NCBI GenBank assembly: GCA_016861245.1
Contig: BOKZ01000001.1
Coordinates: 551,006-615,005, forward strand
Source of the DNA: Patescibacteria group bacterium
GTDB taxonomy: Bacteria > Patescibacteriota > UBA1384 > 2-12-FULL-50-11
DNA length: 64,000 nucleotides
Direction of reading: 5' to 3'
A program made the position numbers and the translations under genes. This document shows, piece after piece, positions 1 to 13,215 of this stretch. Position 1 is the stretch's first letter, and each line of letters opens with the position of its first letter. Below the pieces are notes generated by a model, which made no database searches, was not told where the DNA came from, and saw nothing but the letters and a program-made list of their open reading frames with translations.

Positions 1-1
1 C

Positions 2-1966
2 TTTATCGAAACTCCGTACCGTAAAGTTGAAGTTAAAGATGGCAAAGCCAAAATCACTAGTAAAATTGATTATCTCGATGCCTATAACGAAGAGAAGTAC
101 ACGCTAGCGCCGTTCTCAACCAAAGTCGATAAAAACGGTTACATTACTGGCAATAAAATCGTCGCCCGACGCAACGGTGAGCCGGTTATCGAAGCTGTCA
201 CAAAAATTGATTACGTTGACATCTCACCGCAACAGGTCGTTTCGATCTCAACTGCCTTAATTCCGTTTGTCGAACACGACGAAGCTGTCCGAGCCTCGAT
301 GGGATCGAACATGCAACGCCAAGCCGTACCACTCGTTAAGCCGCAAGCTCCAATTATCGGAACAGGCTTAGAAGGCGCAGTTAAAGATTCTGGACAACTA
401 ATGGTAGCCGATGCTGATGGCGTGGTTACCTACGTTGACGGTGAGAAGATTACAATCAAAACCAAAAATGGCGATAAAACCTACGAACTCTTAAAGTTCG
501 TTCGCTCTAACCAAAGTACCTGTATTAACCAGCGACCAGCAGTGGCGCTCGGCGATAAAGTCAAGGCCGGTCAGGTGATCGCCGACTCAAGCGCATCTGA
601 CGACGGAGAATTAGCAATCGGTCAAAACGTCACCGTCGCTTACATGAGCTGGGGCGGTTACAACTACGAAGACGCTATTATTATTTCCGAACGCCTCGTT
701 AAAGAAGATCGCTTTACCTCGATTCACGTTGAGAAATACTCGTGTGAAGTCCGCGACACTAAACTCGGACCAGAGCTGGTAACGCGTGATATCCCGAACG
801 TCGGTGATGAAGCGCTGTCGAACCTTGACGAACAAGGCATTATCCGTATCGGCGCTGAAGTCGGTAGCGGTAGTATCTTAGTCGGAAAGATCACCCCACG
901 CGGTGAGACGGAACTAACTGCCGAAGAGAAACTACTTCGCGCGATTTTCGGCGAAAAAGCTAAAGATGTTAAAGACACTTCGCTTCGTTTGCCTCACGGT
1001 GAGCGCGGCAAAGTTGTCGAAGTAAAAGTTTTCTCCAAAGGTAACGGCGACGAACTACCAGCTGGTGTTTATCAGCAAATTGAAGTTTCGGTAGCACAGC
1101 TTCGAAAGATTACAGTTGGAGACAAGATGGCTGGCCGACACGGTAACAAAGGCGTTATCTCGCGAACTCTGCCGGAAGCCGACATGCCGTTCCTACCAGA
1201 CGGAACACCAGTTGATATTATCCTCAACCCGCTCGGTGTTATCTCGCGTATGAACCTTGGACAAATTCTTGAAACTCATCTCGGATGGGCTGCTGACAAG
1301 CTCAACTATAAGGTTGCTTCACCGGCGTTCTACGGAACACCTGTTACTGAAATTGAAAAAGAACTTAAAAAAGCCGAGCTACCCGATGACGGTAAGATTC
1401 AGCTTCGCGACGGACGTAACGGAACCGAGTACGATCAGCGAACAACGGTTGGAACTAAGTACGTTCTTAAGTTGATCCACCTAGTTGACGACAAGATGCA
1501 CGCTCGTTCAACTGGTCCGTACTCGATGGTTACGCAACAGCCGCTCGGTGGTAAGGCACAGTTCGGCGGTCAGCGATTCGGTGAAATGGAAGTGTGGGCG
1601 CTCGAAGCGTACGGCGCTGCTCACTCGCTCCAGGAAATCTTAACGATTAAATCCGACGACGTAATCGGACGCGCCAAAGCATACGAGGCGATTATTAAGG
1701 GCGAAGAAATTCAGAAACCTCAAATTCCAGCCTCGTTTGCAGTGTTAGTTCGCGAGCTTCAGAGCCTTTGCTTAAACGTCGAAGTAATCGAAACAGAAGA
1801 CAAATTGAAAGAAATAGAAACAACTCGTTCACTTCTACAGAGCCAGAGTACTCCAGCCCAGTCTATCGATGAGATCGTTAACGCTGAAGTATCTGAGGCT
1901 ACTGTTGAAACCGAAGAAGTTGAAGAACCAGCCGCTCAACCGGTTGCAGAGAAGGAGGACCAATAA
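2..1966 (+). CDS. rpoB: RNA polymerase beta subunit (5'-partial, begins before window)
   Basis: Frame is open from position 2 (FIETPYRKV); motifs [32 protein letters not shown]. Confidence 0.99.
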   Translation, partial: FIETPYRKVEVKDGKAKITSKIDYLDAYNEEKYTLAPFSTKVDKNGYITGNKIVARRNGEPVIEAVTKIDYVDISPQQVVSISTALIPFVEHDEAVRASMGSNMQRQAVPLVKPQAPIIGTGLEGAVKDSGQLMVADADGVVTYVDGEKITIKTKNGDKTYELLKFVRSNQSTCINQRPAVALGDKVKAGQVIADSSASDDGELAIGQNVTVAYMSWGGYNYEDAIIISERLVKEDRFTSIHVEKYSCEVRDTKLGPELVTRDIPNVGDEALSNLDEQGIIRIGAEVGSGSILVGKITPRGETELTAEEKLLRAIFGEKAKDVKDTSLRLPHGERGKVVEVKVFSKGNGDELPAGVYQQIEVSVAQLRKITVGDKMAGRHGNKGVISRTLPEADMPFLPDGTPVDIILNPLGVISRMNLGQILETHLGWAADKLNYKVASPAFYGTPVTEIEKELKKAELPDDGKIQLRDGRNGTEYDQRTTVGTKYVLKLIHLVDDKMHARSTGPYSMVTQQPLGGKAQFGGQRFGEMEVWALEAYGAAHSLQEILTIKSDDVIGRAKAYEAIIKGEEIQKPQIPASFAVLVRELQSLCLNVEVIETEDKLKEIETTRSLLQSQSTPAQSIDEIVNAEVSEATVETEEVEEPAAQPVAEKEDQ

Positions 1967-4900
1967 TGGCCGAGTTAAAGATGAGCACCCGGACCGACAA
2001 GCCAGAGTTTAGTCTTCTAAACTTTGAAGGATTGCGTGTTCGTGTTGCCAGCCCGCTTGATATCGAGAAATGGAGCTACGGCGAAGTTCTCAAACCTGAA
2101 ACAATCAACTACCGAACCCAGAAACCAGAACGCGACGGTCTTTTTGACGAGCGCATTTTTGGTCCAACCAAAGATTGGGAGTGTTACTGCGGTAAATATA
2201 AGCGAATTCGCTACAAAGGCGTTATCTGTGATAAATGCGGCGTTGAAGTTACTCGTTCCAGCGTTCGACGCGAACGAATGGGTCATATCGACTTAGCAGT
2301 GCCGGTAGCGCACATTTGGTACGTCCGTGGCGTTCCGTATTGTATCAGCACACTTCTGGACATCTCGGTAACGGATATCGAAAAAGTTGTCTACTTTGCC
2401 AGCTTTGTCATTCTCTCAGTTAATGAAGAGTTAAAAACAGAAGCGCTACAACAGTTGGATGGCGAATTTAAGAATGCTAAAGAGCAGCTTAAAGATTCTC
2501 CAGAACGCCTCGAGCAATTGGAAGCGAATTATAAAGCTACCAAATCTGAGTTAAACTCGCTCGAAGCTAACGCAGTTATTAGCGAAGGTAAGTATCACGA
2601 GCTATCGCTTCGCTTCGGTAATATTATTAAAGTTGGTATTGGCGCCGAGGCTATCCTCGAGTTATTGAAAAAAGTTGATCTCGACGAACAGATCTCGATT
2701 GTTAAGCAAGAACTATTAGTTGCCGCACCAAACGCAATTCGCCGCTTAACCAAGCGCTTGCGAATGTTAACCGATCTTAAACTCGCTGGTTTACGACCGG
2801 AGTGGTTTATCATCAACAAACTTCCAGTTCTGCCACCAGATCTTCGCCCGATGGTCCAGCTCGACGGCGGCCGATTTGCCTCGTCAGACTTAAACGATCT
2901 TTACCGACGAGTTATCAACCGAAACAATCGACTAAAGCGCCTGATGAACCAAAGTGCGCCGGACGTTATCGCTCGAAACGAAAAGCGGATGCTACAAGAA
3001 GCGGTAGACGCCTTAATCGACAACTCTGCACGAAAAACCCAAGCTACAACAGTTGGACGTCAGCCACGATCGCTCTCAGACATGCTTCGCGGTAAACAGG
3101 GACGATTCCGACAAAACCTCTTAGGTAAGCGCGTCGACTATTCCGGTCGATCGGTTATCGTTGTCGGTCCAAATCTTAAGCTCGATCAGTGCGGCCTGCC
3201 AAAAGTGATGGCGCTCGAGCTTTTCAAGCCGTTTGTTATCTCACGACTTATTAACGAGCAGTACGTGCACAACGTTAAAAACGCTGCTCGATTGATCGAA
3301 CGCGGTACTCCAGAAGTTTGGGAGATTCTCGAAGAAGTTACGAAAGATTCGTACGTGCTGTTAAACCGTGCTCCAACGCTCCACCGTTTAGGAATTCAAG
3401 CTTTTAAGCCAATTCTTATCGAAGGAAAAGCGATCCAGTTACACCCGCTTGTCTGTGCGGCTTACAACGCCGACTTCGACGGCGACCAAATGGCTGTTCA
3501 CGTTCCGCTCTCTGCGATGGCTCGTTACGAGGCGCGCGAGTTAATGAATGCTAAGAACAACCTACTTAAACCTTCTTCAGGAGAACCGCTCGTTTCGCCG
3601 CGACTTGATATTGTTTTTGGCCTCTTCTACCTTACTAACGCCAAAAAAGGTGTTGCTGGCGAAGGTAAATTCTTCGCATCGTTTGACGAAGTGGAGCAAG
3701 CGTACGCTCGAGGAGATCTTCACCCACAAGCCGAGATTAAAGTCCGTACCGCTAGCGGTGAGCGTCTTGAAACCACTGTCGGTCGGGTGATGGTCAATAA
3801 CGTCTTCCCAGAAGGCTATAAGTTTGTGAACGAACCGCTCGATACCAAGAAAATCAAATCTGTCATGCGTGAGATCTACAAACTTCACGGTCGCGACGCT
3901 ACCTCCAAATTAGCTGACGATTTAATGCAGCTCGGTTTCCGCTTCTCTGAGAAATCAGGTATGACGATGTCAATTTTCGACATCAACATCCCAGAAGTTA
4001 AAGAAGCGATGATCAAACAAGGTGAAGATGCGATCGAAGAGATTGCCAAGCGTTACCGACGTGGTCTTATTACCGACGAAGAGCGCAAAAAACTCTCGAT
4101 CGAGAAATGGACTGAAATCCGTAACAAGATGGAGAAGGAAGTTAAGGAGTCGTTCGACAAGAACTCGTCGATTTGGACGATGGTTACTTCCGGTGCCCGT
4201 GGCTCTTCCAACCAGTTAGTGCAGCTAGCTGGTATGAAAGGACTGGTGGTTAACCCATCTGGTTCGATTATCGATGTTCCGATTACTTCTAACTATAAAG
4301 AAGGTCTTTCTGTCCTTGAGTACTTCATCTCCACGCACGGCTCGCGTAAAGGTAAGTCCGACACCTCACTTAAAACTGCAGATGCTGGATATCTAACGCG
4401 TCGACTCGTTGATGTCTCGCAGGATCTAGTAATTACCACAGAAGATTGCGGTACTACCAATGGCATGACCGTTGTTGAGTCCGAGTCGGCCGAGTACGGC
4501 GAAACCTACGAGGAGCGTCTCGTTGGTCGAGTTACTTTGGAGGCAATTAAAGGTAAAAACGGCAAAGCGATCCTTAAAGCCGGAGAGCTCATTGCCGAAG
4601 ATCATATCGCCGAGATTATCGAAAACGGCGTTACTGAGGTTAAGGTCCGATCTGTACTTCACTGTAAAGCCGAGTGGGGCATCTGCCAGAAGTGTTACGG
4701 ACGCGATCTATCAACAGGCGAGCTCGTAGCCGAAGGCGCGGCCGTCGGTATTATGGCAGCGCAAGCGATCGGTGAGCCAGGTACACAGCTGACGATGAAA
4801 ACCTTCCACATGGGAGGCGTTTCTGTCGGTGACATTACCTCTGGTTTGCCACGCGTCGAAGAGATCTTCGAAGCACGACCGCCGCACGGCTCCGCTGTAT

Positions 4901-5817
4901 TGTCTGAAATCGCCGGTAAAGTCGTTATCCACGAAACCAAAGAGCGCTTGTATATCGACGTTGTCTCAGCCGATATTCCAACCGAGGAATTCGAGCTAAT
5001 CGAAGATTACACCGCTTCCGTAAAAGACAAAGATATCATCAAGGCCAAGCAAGCGATCGCAACCGCACCAGATAAAAAAGCGATGCGCGCTTCGATCGGC
5101 GGACGAGTCGATATTAAGGGTAAAAAGATTACTGTTACTTCGCTCGAACCAACCAAGGCGAGTTACCTGGTTTCAGGTGATGTTGGTCTTAAAGTTAAAA
5201 ACGGCGATACCGTTGAAGTCGGTCAGCAGCTCACCGAGGGTCACGTCGATCCGAACCAGTCGCTCGATCTGCGCGGCGTCAGCAAAACTCAGGACTACAT
5301 TATTAAAGAAGTCCAGAATATCTACTCGTCGCACGGCGCAGGCGTTAACGAAAAACACATCGAGATTATCGCTCGTTGTATGTTCTCGCGTGTTCGATTA
5401 ATCGACGGCGGCGACTCAACGCTTCTTCGCGGACAAGTTGTCAGCAAGCTCGAAATCGATCGAATGAACGAGAAACTTGCCAAAGAAGGCAAGCGACATA
5501 TTCAATACGAACAGATTATCTTGGGTATTACCCGCGCCTCGTTACAAACAAATAGCTTCCTATCAGCCGCTTCATTCCAAGAAACAACCCGCGTTTTGAT
5601 CGAAGCAGCTATTCAAGGCGCTGTCGATCCGCTTCGAGGTCTAAAAGAGAACGTTATCATCGGTAAACTTATCCCAGCCGGAACCGGATTTATGGATGAA
5701 GCCGATGTTCGTGTCATCAACGACGCTTACCAGGCCACAATTCCACAGCCGTTACCAGTTGGCATCGACACTACCGCCGAGGAGCAAACGGTTGAGCCAA
5801 AGAAGGAAAAAGAGTAA
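1966..5817 (+). CDS. rpoC: RNA polymerase beta' subunit
   Basis: NADFDGD catalytic motif, N-terminal Zn-finger CYCGK..CDKC; TAATG overlap with rpoB. Confidence 0.99.
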   Translation: MAELKMSTRTDKPEFSLLNFEGLRVRVASPLDIEKWSYGEVLKPETINYRTQKPERDGLFDERIFGPTKDWECYCGKYKRIRYKGVICDKCGVEVTRSSVRRERMGHIDLAVPVAHIWYVRGVPYCISTLLDISVTDIEKVVYFASFVILSVNEELKTEALQQLDGEFKNAKEQLKDSPERLEQLEANYKATKSELNSLEANAVISEGKYHELSLRFGNIIKVGIGAEAILELLKKVDLDEQISIVKQELLVAAPNAIRRLTKRLRMLTDLKLAGLRPEWFIINKLPVLPPDLRPMVQLDGGRFASSDLNDLYRRVINRNNRLKRLMNQSAPDVIARNEKRMLQEAVDALIDNSARKTQATTVGRQPRSLSDMLRGKQGRFRQNLLGKRVDYSGRSVIVVGPNLKLDQCGLPKVMALELFKPFVISRLINEQYVHNVKNAARLIERGTPEVWEILEEVTKDSYVLLNRAPTLHRLGIQAFKPILIEGKAIQLHPLVCAAYNADFDGDQMAVHVPLSAMARYEARELMNAKNNLLKPSSGEPLVSPRLDIVFGLFYLTNAKKGVAGEGKFFASFDEVEQAYARGDLHPQAEIKVRTASGERLETTVGRVMVNNVFPEGYKFVNEPLDTKKIKSVMREIYKLHGRDATSKLADDLMQLGFRFSEKSGMTMSIFDINIPEVKEAMIKQGEDAIEEIAKRYRRGLITDEERKKLSIEKWTEIRNKMEKEVKESFDKNSSIWTMVTSGARGSSNQLVQLAGMKGLVVNPSGSIIDVPITSNYKEGLSVLEYFISTHGSRKGKSDTSLKTADAGYLTRRLVDVSQDLVITTEDCGTTNGMTVVESESAEYGETYEERLVGRVTLEAIKGKNGKAILKAGELIAEDHIAEIIENGVTEVKVRSVLHCKAEWGICQKCYGRDLSTGELVAEGAAVGIMAAQAIGEPGTQLTMKTFHMGGVSVGDITSGLPRVEEIFEARPPHGSAVLSEIAGKVVIHETKERLYIDVVSADIPTEEFELIEDYTASVKDKDIIKAKQAIATAPDKKAMRASIGGRVDIKGKKITVTSLEPTKASYLVSGDVGLKVKNGDTVEVGQQLTEGHVDPNQSLDLRGVSKTQDYIIKEVQNIYSSHGAGVNEKHIEIIARCMFSRVRLIDGGDSTLLRGQVVSKLEIDRMNEKLAKEGKRHIQYEQIILGITRASLQTNSFLSAASFQETTRVLIEAAIQGAVDPLRGLKENVIIGKLIPAGTGFMDEADVRVINDAYQATIPQPLPVGIDTTAEEQTVEPKKEKE

Positions 5818-5828
5818 ACTATCAACTA

Positions 5829-6242
5829 ATGCCAACAATCAATCAGTTAATTAGGCGCCCACGAAAACAGATTAAGGTGAAATCAAAATCACCAGCGATG
5901 CATCGTGGATTTAATAGTCTCAAAAACCGACCGGTCGAAATTACTAAAGGCCGGCCGTTTCTTCGTGGTGTTTGTACGAAAGTTACCACCACAACCCCTA
6001 AAAAACCGAACTCAGCCTTGCGAAAAATTGCTCGTGTTCGCTTAACCAGCGGCCAAGAAGTTACTGCTTACATTCCAGGAATCAAGCACAACCTTCAAGA
6101 GCACTCGTTGGTACTAATCCGTGGTGGTCGTGTTAAAGATTTGCCTGGTGTGAAATACCATATCGTTCGCGGTGTCTTAAACGCCGAAGGCGTTGAAAAC
6201 CGCAAACAAGGTCGCAGTAAGTACGGAGCTAAGAAAAAGTAA
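5829..6242 (+). CDS. rpsL: 30S ribosomal protein S12
   Basis: [27 protein letters not shown]. Confidence 0.99.
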   Translation: MPTINQLIRRPRKQIKVKSKSPAMHRGFNSLKNRPVEITKGRPFLRGVCTKVTTTTPKKPNSALRKIARVRLTSGQEVTAYIPGIKHNLQEHSLVLIRGGRVKDLPGVKYHIVRGVLNAEGVENRKQGRSKYGAKKK

Positions 6243-6715
6243 TGCGTGGACGAAGTAAAATCAAAAAACCAGCCCTCGTTCTTGATCCAAAATATCAAGA
6301 TGTCTTGATCTCGAAACTCATAAATAAAGTGATGTGGGGCGGCAAAAAGACTACAGCTCAAGGTATTGTTTACAGCGCCCTAGAGCGATTAGCCGAAGAA
6401 CAGCAAACCGAACCACGCACTGTGCTGCGAGATATTATCGATAAAGCCGCTCCAATTTTGGAAGTTCGTTCTCGTCGTGTTGGCGGCGCAACCTACCAGG
6501 TTCCAGTTGAAGTTAAGCCAAGCCGTAAAAATGTGTTGGTAATCCGCTGGCTGTTAGAAGTTGCTCGCAAGCAGCAGGGAAAATCGATGGAAGAGCTGTT
6601 GTATCAAGAGATGAAAAACATTCTTGAGAATACTGGCTCAGTTATGAAAAAGCGCGAAGACTTACACAAAATGGCCGAAGCCAACCGAGCATTCGCTCAC
6701 TTCGCTCGCTACTAA
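6242..6715 (+). CDS. rpsG: 30S ribosomal protein S7
   Basis: RRVGGATYQVP, HKMAEANRAFAH. Confidence 0.99.
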   Translation: MRGRSKIKKPALVLDPKYQDVLISKLINKVMWGGKKTTAQGIVYSALERLAEEQQTEPRTVLRDIIDKAAPILEVRSRRVGGATYQVPVEVKPSRKNVLVIRWLLEVARKQQGKSMEELLYQEMKNILENTGSVMKKREDLHKMAEANRAFAHFARY

Positions 6716-6880
6716 ATGAAAATGAAAACGATCACAGCTATTCTATTGCTAGTAGTGGAGTTTATGCTCTTTTTTATCGCCGTTGAACCGCTTTGGGCAA
6801 AGGTAGTTGCAATAATCCTGCTCGGGATAGTCATCTTCCTAGCCGTCACCGACAAAAGCGAAAATAAGTTAAATCAGTAA
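6716..6880 (+). CDS. 54-aa two-TM membrane micro-protein (not in ORF track)
   Basis: MKMKTITAILLLVVEFMLFFIAVEPLWAKVVAIILLGIVIFLAVTDKSENKLNQ; ATG directly follows rpsG TAA and the ORF fills the rpsG-fusA gap. Confidence 0.7.
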   Translation: MKMKTITAILLLVVEFMLFFIAVEPLWAKVVAIILLGIVIFLAVTDKSENKLNQ

Positions 6881-6889
6881 GGGAGATAC

Positions 6890-8980
6890 ATGGCACGACA
6901 ATATCCACTCGAGCGCGTCCGTAATATCGGCATTATCGCTCACATCGACGCCGGTAAAACTACTGTTTCAGAGCGTATTCTGTTTTACACCGGTAAAAAC
7001 TACAAAATCGGCGAAGTGCATGAGGGTGCGGCCACGATGGACTGGATGGAACAAGAGCAAGAGCGCGGTATCACTATTACCGCCGCGGCTACTACTTGTT
7101 TTTGGAAAGATAACTCAATCAACATTATCGACACGCCGGGTCACATCGATTTTACTATCGAAGTTCAGCGCTCACTACGCGTGCTAGACGGTGCTGTTAC
7201 CGTTTTCGACGGCGTTGCGGGTGTAGAAGCGCAAAGCGAAACTGTTTGGCGACAAGCCGACAAGTACAAAGTTCCGCGAATTTGCTTTGTTAATAAACTC
7301 GATCGTATCGGCGCCGATTTTAAATTTGTCGTTAAAACGATCCAAGATCGTTTAGGCGCTAAAACCGCTGTGATTCAACTACCGATCGGTCAAGAAGACC
7401 AACTTAAAGGGGTGGTAGATTTACTCGAAAATAAAGCCGTTGTCTGGAAAGATGATTTAGGTAAGGATCCGATCGTCGAAGACATCCCGGCGGATATGAA
7501 AGACGAAGTCGAGGAGTATCGAAGTAAGCTCATCGAGCAGATTGCTGAAACAGACGAAGTACTTCTCGAAAAGTATTTTGCCGGCGAAGAGCTAACGGTA
7601 GCCGAGTTAAAGGCGGCGCTGCGAAAAGCTGTGATAGCTGTTCAAGTTTTCCCAGTTTTAGCTGGTTCGGCGCTTAAAAACAAAGGCGTTCAAACGATGC
7701 TTGATGCGGTTATCGACTACCTACCGAGTCCGCTCGACGTCCCGGCGCCGCACGGTACCGATGTTAAAGACCCAGAGAAAGTTATTGAGCGAAAAGTCGA
7801 CGACTCCGAGCCGTTCACAGCCCTGGCGTTTAAAGTTGCAACCGACCCGTTTGTTGGCTCGCTAACATTCTTCCGCGTTTATGCCGGCAAAATTACTGCC
7901 GGTTCGTATGTATTAAATAGTTCCAAAGGCGAGAAAGAGCGCGTTGGTCGCATTGTTCGTCTTCACGCTAACTCACGCGAAGACGTTACCGAAGTTTACG
8001 CCGGCGAAATCGCCGCCGCGGTTGGCTTGAAGAACTCAACAACAGGAGACACGCTTTGCGCCGAGAACGCTCCGATTATTCTCGAGCGAATTAACGTTCC
8101 GGAACCAGTTATTAAAATGTCGATCGAGCCAAAAACCAAGGCCGATCAAGAAAAAATGGGCGTGGCGCTACAACGCTTAGCTGCCGAGGACCCGACTCTT
8201 CGCTTAAGCCAAGACGAGACAACTAACCAAACCTTGATCGAAGGTATGGGCGAGCTTCACTTGGATATTATTGTCGATCGCATGCGACGTGAGTTTGGTG
8301 TTGAAGCTACGAAAGGTCAGCCGCAGGTTGCCTTCAAAGAAGCGATTACCCGAGTCGTTAAACAAGAAGGTAAGTACGTTAAACAAACCGGTGGTCGCGG
8401 TCAGTACGGCCACGTCTGGCTCGAGATCGAACCGCAAGAGCGCGGTAAGGGCTTTGAGTTTGTGAATAAAGTTGTCGGTGGCGCGATCCCACGCGAGTTT
8501 ATTTCTTCTGTCGAAAAAGGCGTTAAAGACTCTGTTTCCAAAGGTGTTATCGCCGGGTATCCGCTCGTTGACGTTAAAGTTACCGTTTACGATGGTTCGT
8601 ACCACGACGTCGACTCTTCAGACGTCGCGTTCCAAATCGCTGCTTCGATGGCGATGAAAGACGGCGTCAAAGCCGCCGGCCCGGTTCTACTTGAGCCAGT
8701 TATGAAAGTCGAAGTTACAACTCCAGAAGAGTTCTTTGGCTCGATCGTCGGCGATCTTAATAGTCGCCGTGGCCGCATTATGGGCTCTGAAGACCGCGGC
8801 AACTCTCGAGTAGTTGATGCAATGATTCCGCTCGCTGAGATGTTTGGTTACATCACCGATCTACGCGGCATGAGCCAAGGCCGAGCCAGCTTCACAATGG
8901 AATTTGACCATTACGAAGAGGTTCCACGCAATATCGCCGAGGGAATAATTGGCAAATCTGGTGCTAAAGCCGCTGCGTAA
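6890..8980 (+). CDS. fusA: Elongation factor G
   Basis: [23 protein letters not shown]. Confidence 0.99.
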   Translation: MARQYPLERVRNIGIIAHIDAGKTTVSERILFYTGKNYKIGEVHEGAATMDWMEQEQERGITITAAATTCFWKDNSINIIDTPGHIDFTIEVQRSLRVLDGAVTVFDGVAGVEAQSETVWRQADKYKVPRICFVNKLDRIGADFKFVVKTIQDRLGAKTAVIQLPIGQEDQLKGVVDLLENKAVVWKDDLGKDPIVEDIPADMKDEVEEYRSKLIEQIAETDEVLLEKYFAGEELTVAELKAALRKAVIAVQVFPVLAGSALKNKGVQTMLDAVIDYLPSPLDVPAPHGTDVKDPEKVIERKVDDSEPFTALAFKVATDPFVGSLTFFRVYAGKITAGSYVLNSSKGEKERVGRIVRLHANSREDVTEVYAGEIAAAVGLKNSTTGDTLCAENAPIILERINVPEPVIKMSIEPKTKADQEKMGVALQRLAAEDPTLRLSQDETTNQTLIEGMGELHLDIIVDRMRREFGVEATKGQPQVAFKEAITRVVKQEGKYVKQTGGRGQYGHVWLEIEPQERGKGFEFVNKVVGGAIPREFISSVEKGVKDSVSKGVIAGYPLVDVKVTVYDGSYHDVDSSDVAFQIAASMAMKDGVKAAGPVLLEPVMKVEVTTPEEFFGSIVGDLNSRRGRIMGSEDRGNSRVVDAMIPLAEMFGYITDLRGMSQGRASFTMEFDHYEEVPRNIAEGIIGKSGAKAAA

Positions 8981-8989
8981 CCACTGCCC

Positions 8990-9019
8990 TTGACCGGGAT
9001 ATGGTTTAAGCAGTAAAAT
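8990..9019 (+). promoter_or_regulatory. Putative sigma70 promoter for tuf
   Basis: TTGACC-N18-TAAAAT, with an AAGGAG SD before the tuf ATG. Confidence 0.5.
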
Positions 9020-9079
9020 GTATCAGAAACTAACTAATAATAAAAACATAAATATAAGGTTTAAGTAAAAGGAGTACGC

Positions 9080-10261
9080 ATGGCAGCAACATTCGAACGC
9101 ACAAAGCCGCACGTCAACGTTGGTACCATCGGTCACGTCGACCACGGTAAAACTACGTTAACGGCAGCTATCACAAACACACTCGCCGACAAGGGTTGGG
9201 CAGAGAAGAAGGCAGTCGATCAGATCGACAACGCCCCAGAGGAAAAGCAGCGCGGTATTACTATCGCGACGTATCACGTTGAGTACGAGTCAGAGAAACG
9301 ACACTACGCTCACGTCGACTGTCCGGGACACGCCGACTACGTTAAGAACATGATTACCGGTGCCGCTCAAATGGACGCCGCTATTCTCGTGGTGTCTGCT
9401 CCAGACGGTCCGATGCCACAAACTCGTGAGCACATTCTGCTTGCGAAGCAGGTTGGCGTTCCGTACATTGTTGTTTTCTTAAACAAGTGCGACCAAGTTT
9501 CTGATCCAGATCTTCTCGAGCTCGTTGAAGAAGAAGTTCGCGATCTTTTAAACAAGTACGAGTACCCAGGCAAAGACACACCAATTATTAAGGGCTCAGC
9601 TCTTAAGGCTATCGAAGGCGACGCCGACGCTAAGAAAGCAATCTTCGATCTTATCGAAGCGCTCGACTCTTACGTTCCAGAGCCAGTTCGCGAAACCGAC
9701 AAACCTTTCTTAATGCCAGTTGAAGACGTCTTCTCAATCAAGGGACGCGGCACAGTTGTTACCGGTCGTGTTGAGCGCGGTACCGTTAAAGTTGGTGAAG
9801 AAGTTGAAGTTGTCGGATTGAATGACACTAAGAAAACAGTTGTTACCGGAGTAGAAATGTTCCGCAAGCAGCTCGATTCTGGTCAAGCTGGCGATAACGT
9901 TGGTCTTCTTGTTCGTGGCTTAGAGCGCACAGATGTTGAGCGCGGCCAGGTTCTTTGTAAGCCAGGTTCGATTACTCCACACACCGAGTTCGAAGCTGAG
10001 TGTTACATCCTTAAAAAGGAAGAAGGCGGACGACACACACCGTTCACCAAGGGTTACAAGCCTCAGTTCTACTTCCGAACCACTGATGTGACCGGAGAAG
10101 TTGAGCTTCCAGGCGACGCCGAGATGGTTGTCCCAGGCGACACCACAACCTTCAAAGTTAAACTCATCCAGCCAATCGCGATGGAAGAGAAGCTCCGCTT
10201 CGCTATCCGCGAAGGTGGTAAGACGGTTGGTGCCGGAATTGTCACCAAAATTATCAAATAA
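9080..10261 (+). CDS. tuf: Elongation factor Tu
   Basis: [18 protein letters not shown]. Confidence 0.99.
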   Translation: MAATFERTKPHVNVGTIGHVDHGKTTLTAAITNTLADKGWAEKKAVDQIDNAPEEKQRGITIATYHVEYESEKRHYAHVDCPGHADYVKNMITGAAQMDAAILVVSAPDGPMPQTREHILLAKQVGVPYIVVFLNKCDQVSDPDLLELVEEEVRDLLNKYEYPGKDTPIIKGSALKAIEGDADAKKAIFDLIEALDSYVPEPVRETDKPFLMPVEDVFSIKGRGTVVTGRVERGTVKVGEEVEVVGLNDTKKTVVTGVEMFRKQLDSGQAGDNVGLLVRGLERTDVERGQVLCKPGSITPHTEFEAECYILKKEEGGRHTPFTKGYKPQFYFRTTDVTGEVELPGDAEMVVPGDTTTFKVKLIQPIAMEEKLRFAIREGGKTVGAGIVTKIIK

Positions 10262-10283
10262 GTAGGGAAGGAATTGTACTTTA

Positions 10284-10616
10284 ATGGCCCAAAAGACCGC
10301 TCGCGAAGCTGCCAAATCCAGTATCCGCATCAAGCTTAAAGCGTACGATTACAGAGTAATTGATCGTTCCGCCAAGAAAATTATCGAGGCGGCCGAGCGG
10401 ACCGGTGCCATTATCGCCGGACCTATTCCGTTACCAACCGAGAAATCGATGGTAACGGTCAATCGCTCCACGTTTGTTCACAAGGATGCTCGTGAACAGT
10501 TCGAAATCCGTATTCACAAACGCATCATCGACGTCTTGGATCCAAATCCAAAAACCCTTGATGCCTTGATGAACCTCGATCTTCCAGCTGGTGTCGACAT
10601 CGAAATCAAGACATAA
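10284..10616 (+). CDS. rpsJ: 30S ribosomal protein S10
   Basis: [37 protein letters not shown]. Confidence 0.99.
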   Translation: MAQKTAREAAKSSIRIKLKAYDYRVIDRSAKKIIEAAERTGAIIAGPIPLPTEKSMVTVNRSTFVHKDAREQFEIRIHKRIIDVLDPNPKTLDALMNLDLPAGVDIEIKT

Positions 10617-10635
10617 CAAGATTGATCTGAAACGC

Positions 10636-10665
10636 AAAAAGTCCGCTCTGGTGAGCGGGCTTTTT
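10636..10665. terminator. Intrinsic (probably bidirectional) terminator after rpsJ
   Basis: AAAAA-GTCCGCTC-TGGT-GAGCGGGC-TTTTT. Confidence 0.8.
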
Positions 10666-10702
10666 GTAATATAAACCATAAAAGTAGTAAAATACTGAGG
10701 AA

Positions 10703-13213
10703 ATGAAGGAAGCAAAGTCGCGAATAAAAATAAACAAACTGCTTGAACAAGCGGGCTGGCGATTTTTTGATAATGAAAAAGGACAAGCAAACATTTTGCT
10801 TGAACCGAATGTAAAACTTACCCAAAAAGATATTGACGCTTTTGGCGAGGATTTTGAATGTACCAAAGGCGGATTTATTGATTTTCTACTGCTTGATGAG
10901 CGAGGATTTCCATTTGTCGTTTTGGAAGCGAAAAAAGAGGAAAAAGACCCGCTCGACGGCAAGGAACAAGCGCGCCGCTATGCTAAATCTCAAAATGCCC
11001 GCTTTGTTTTGCTTTCAAACGGCAATCTTCACTATTTTTGGGATTTAGAGCGAGGCAATCCGGAAATTATCACAGAATTTCCGACACAAGAATCACTCTT
11101 GCACCGCTTGGAATTTACGCCGGACAACAAACGCCTCGCCGACAACAAGGTTGAAGAGGATTACATTGCCACGACGCAAAATCCAAATTTCAAAGATGAT
11201 CCTCGTTACCAAGATGAAGCGAAAAGAGCGCAATTTCTCTACGACGAGGGTTTGCGCATTTTGCGTCCGTATCAGCTTAAAGCTATCCAAGCCCTGCAAA
11301 GAAGTGCGGAAGCCGGAAACGACCGTTTTCTTTTTGAAATGGCAACTGGCACAGGCAAAACACTTGTATCTGGTGCCGTCATCAAACTATTTTTACGAAC
11401 CGGAAGTGCAAAAAGGATTTTGTTTTTGGTGGATCGCTTGGAACTTGAAGATCAGGCATACAAAAATTTCGTCCGTTACCTTAAAAACGACTACACGGCT
11501 GTTGTCTACAAGCAAAATCGCGATGATTGGAAAAAAGCGGACATCGTTATTTCAACCGTTCAAAGTCTTGCCTCGCAAGCCAAATACAAGAAACTTTTTT
11601 CGCCGACAGATTTTGATCTTATTATTTCCGACGAAGCGCACCGCTCAATCAGCGGAAACAGCCGCGCTGTCTTTGAATATTTTGTTGGCTATAAACTCGG
11701 ACTTACTGCAACGCCAAAAGATTATCTAAAAAATGTTGATCCGCAAAAACTTTCGTCAAAAGACCCGCGAGCGTGGGAGCGCAGACAACTTTTGGACACT
11801 TACACAACCTTTGGCTGTCCGAGCGGCGAACCAACATTCAGATACACTCTGCTTGATGGAGTAAAAGATGGCTACCTCATCAATCCTATCGCTGTTGACG
11901 CGCGCACCGACATCACAACAGAGCTTCTTTCGGAAAAGGGTTATGCCGTTATGGTGGAAAACGAGGAAGGCGAAGAAACCGAAGAAACTTTTTTCCAACG
12001 CGATTTTGAGAAAAAATTCTTTTCAGACAAAACGAATCAGGTGTTTTGCAAATCCATTGTTGAAAACGCCTTGAAAGACCCGATAAGCGGCGAGATGGGT
12101 AAAACGCTTATTTTTTGCGTGAGCCAAAAACACGCTTCAAAAATTACACAAACCTTAAACCAGATGGCGCACCAAGTATGGCCAGACAAATATAATTCTG
12201 ATTTTGCCGTTCAAATTACCTCAAACATTCAGGATTCCCAGCAAATGACGATCAATTTCGCCAACAATAATCTCAACGGACACACGAAATTTTTACCCGG
12301 CTACAAATCAAGCAAAACAAGGGTATGCGTTACCGTCGGCATGATGACGACCGGCTATGATTGTGAAGATATTTTGAACCTTGCCCTACTGCGTCCCGTC
12401 TTTTCGCCAACGGATTTTGTTCAGATGAAAGGACGCGGCACTCGCAAGTTCTTTTTTGAATACAAAAATGGAGACGGCGAAGTGCGAAAAGTAAATAAAG
12501 ATAAATTTAAGTTTTTCGATTTCTTCGCCAACTTTGAATACTTTGAAGAAAAGTTTGATTACGACGAGGCACTTCGCCTGCCGATTATCAAAAAGGGTGG
12601 AACCGGCGAGGGCGAAGGAGTGGGCGTTAATATTGATGAATTTGAAATTTTCGATCCCGATAAAATCAAGCAGCTGACCGAGATACCAATCGGCACCGAA
12701 GGAATGAAGGTTGACCGCAAGTTGTTTGAAGAAGCGAGAAAGAAAATCCAGAATGACGAACAAGTAAAAGAAGCAGTTAATCAAGAGCAATGGGAAAAAG
12801 CGGTAAAAATCTTGCGTGACAAATACGAAGACAAACCGCAATTATTTCTGAATCTTGAAAAAATACGCAAAAGCGAAAACCTTGACCGCCGTTTGTCGTG
12901 GCGTGAATTTTTGGAGCGGGTATTCGGCTTGATTGACGCTTTCAAATCCAAAGATGAAAAACTAGAAGAAGAAGTTGAGAAGTTTATCTCAATCTACAAA
13001 CCCGAAAGTAAATATGTGCCGTATATCAGAAATTACTTGAAGGCGTATGTTGCAGATGATCGTTTCCGCGAGATTATAAACAGCAAACATTTTGCCGAGC
13101 TGAATGTGTATCCGGGATTTTCCATGCAGGAATTTAAGGCACTCAACGGCTGGCGCGATACCGTGCCGGAATATGTAAAAGATTATGTGCCAGTCAATCA
13201 ATACATGAAATAA
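10703..13213 (+). CDS. hsdR: Type I restriction endonuclease R subunit (EcoEI/EcoKI-like layout)
   Basis: N-terminal D..EAKK nuclease motif; helicase motifs MATGTGKT, DEAHRS, GLTATP, TTGYD, QMKGRGTR. Confidence 0.93.
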   Translation: MKEAKSRIKINKLLEQAGWRFFDNEKGQANILLEPNVKLTQKDIDAFGEDFECTKGGFIDFLLLDERGFPFVVLEAKKEEKDPLDGKEQARRYAKSQNARFVLLSNGNLHYFWDLERGNPEIITEFPTQESLLHRLEFTPDNKRLADNKVEEDYIATTQNPNFKDDPRYQDEAKRAQFLYDEGLRILRPYQLKAIQALQRSAEAGNDRFLFEMATGTGKTLVSGAVIKLFLRTGSAKRILFLVDRLELEDQAYKNFVRYLKNDYTAVVYKQNRDDWKKADIVISTVQSLASQAKYKKLFSPTDFDLIISDEAHRSISGNSRAVFEYFVGYKLGLTATPKDYLKNVDPQKLSSKDPRAWERRQLLDTYTTFGCPSGEPTFRYTLLDGVKDGYLINPIAVDARTDITTELLSEKGYAVMVENEEGEETEETFFQRDFEKKFFSDKTNQVFCKSIVENALKDPISGEMGKTLIFCVSQKHASKITQTLNQMAHQVWPDKYNSDFAVQITSNIQDSQQMTINFANNNLNGHTKFLPGYKSSKTRVCVTVGMMTTGYDCEDILNLALLRPVFSPTDFVQMKGRGTRKFFFEYKNGDGEVRKVNKDKFKFFDFFANFEYFEEKFDYDEALRLPIIKKGGTGEGEGVGVNIDEFEIFDPDKIKQLTEIPIGTEGMKVDRKLFEEARKKIQNDEQVKEAVNQEQWEKAVKILRDKYEDKPQLFLNLEKIRKSENLDRRLSWREFLERVFGLIDAFKSKDEKLEEEVEKFISIYKPESKYVPYIRNYLKAYVADDRFREIINSKHFAELNVYPGFSMQEFKALNGWRDTVPEYVKDYVPVNQYMK

Positions 13214-13215
13214 CT

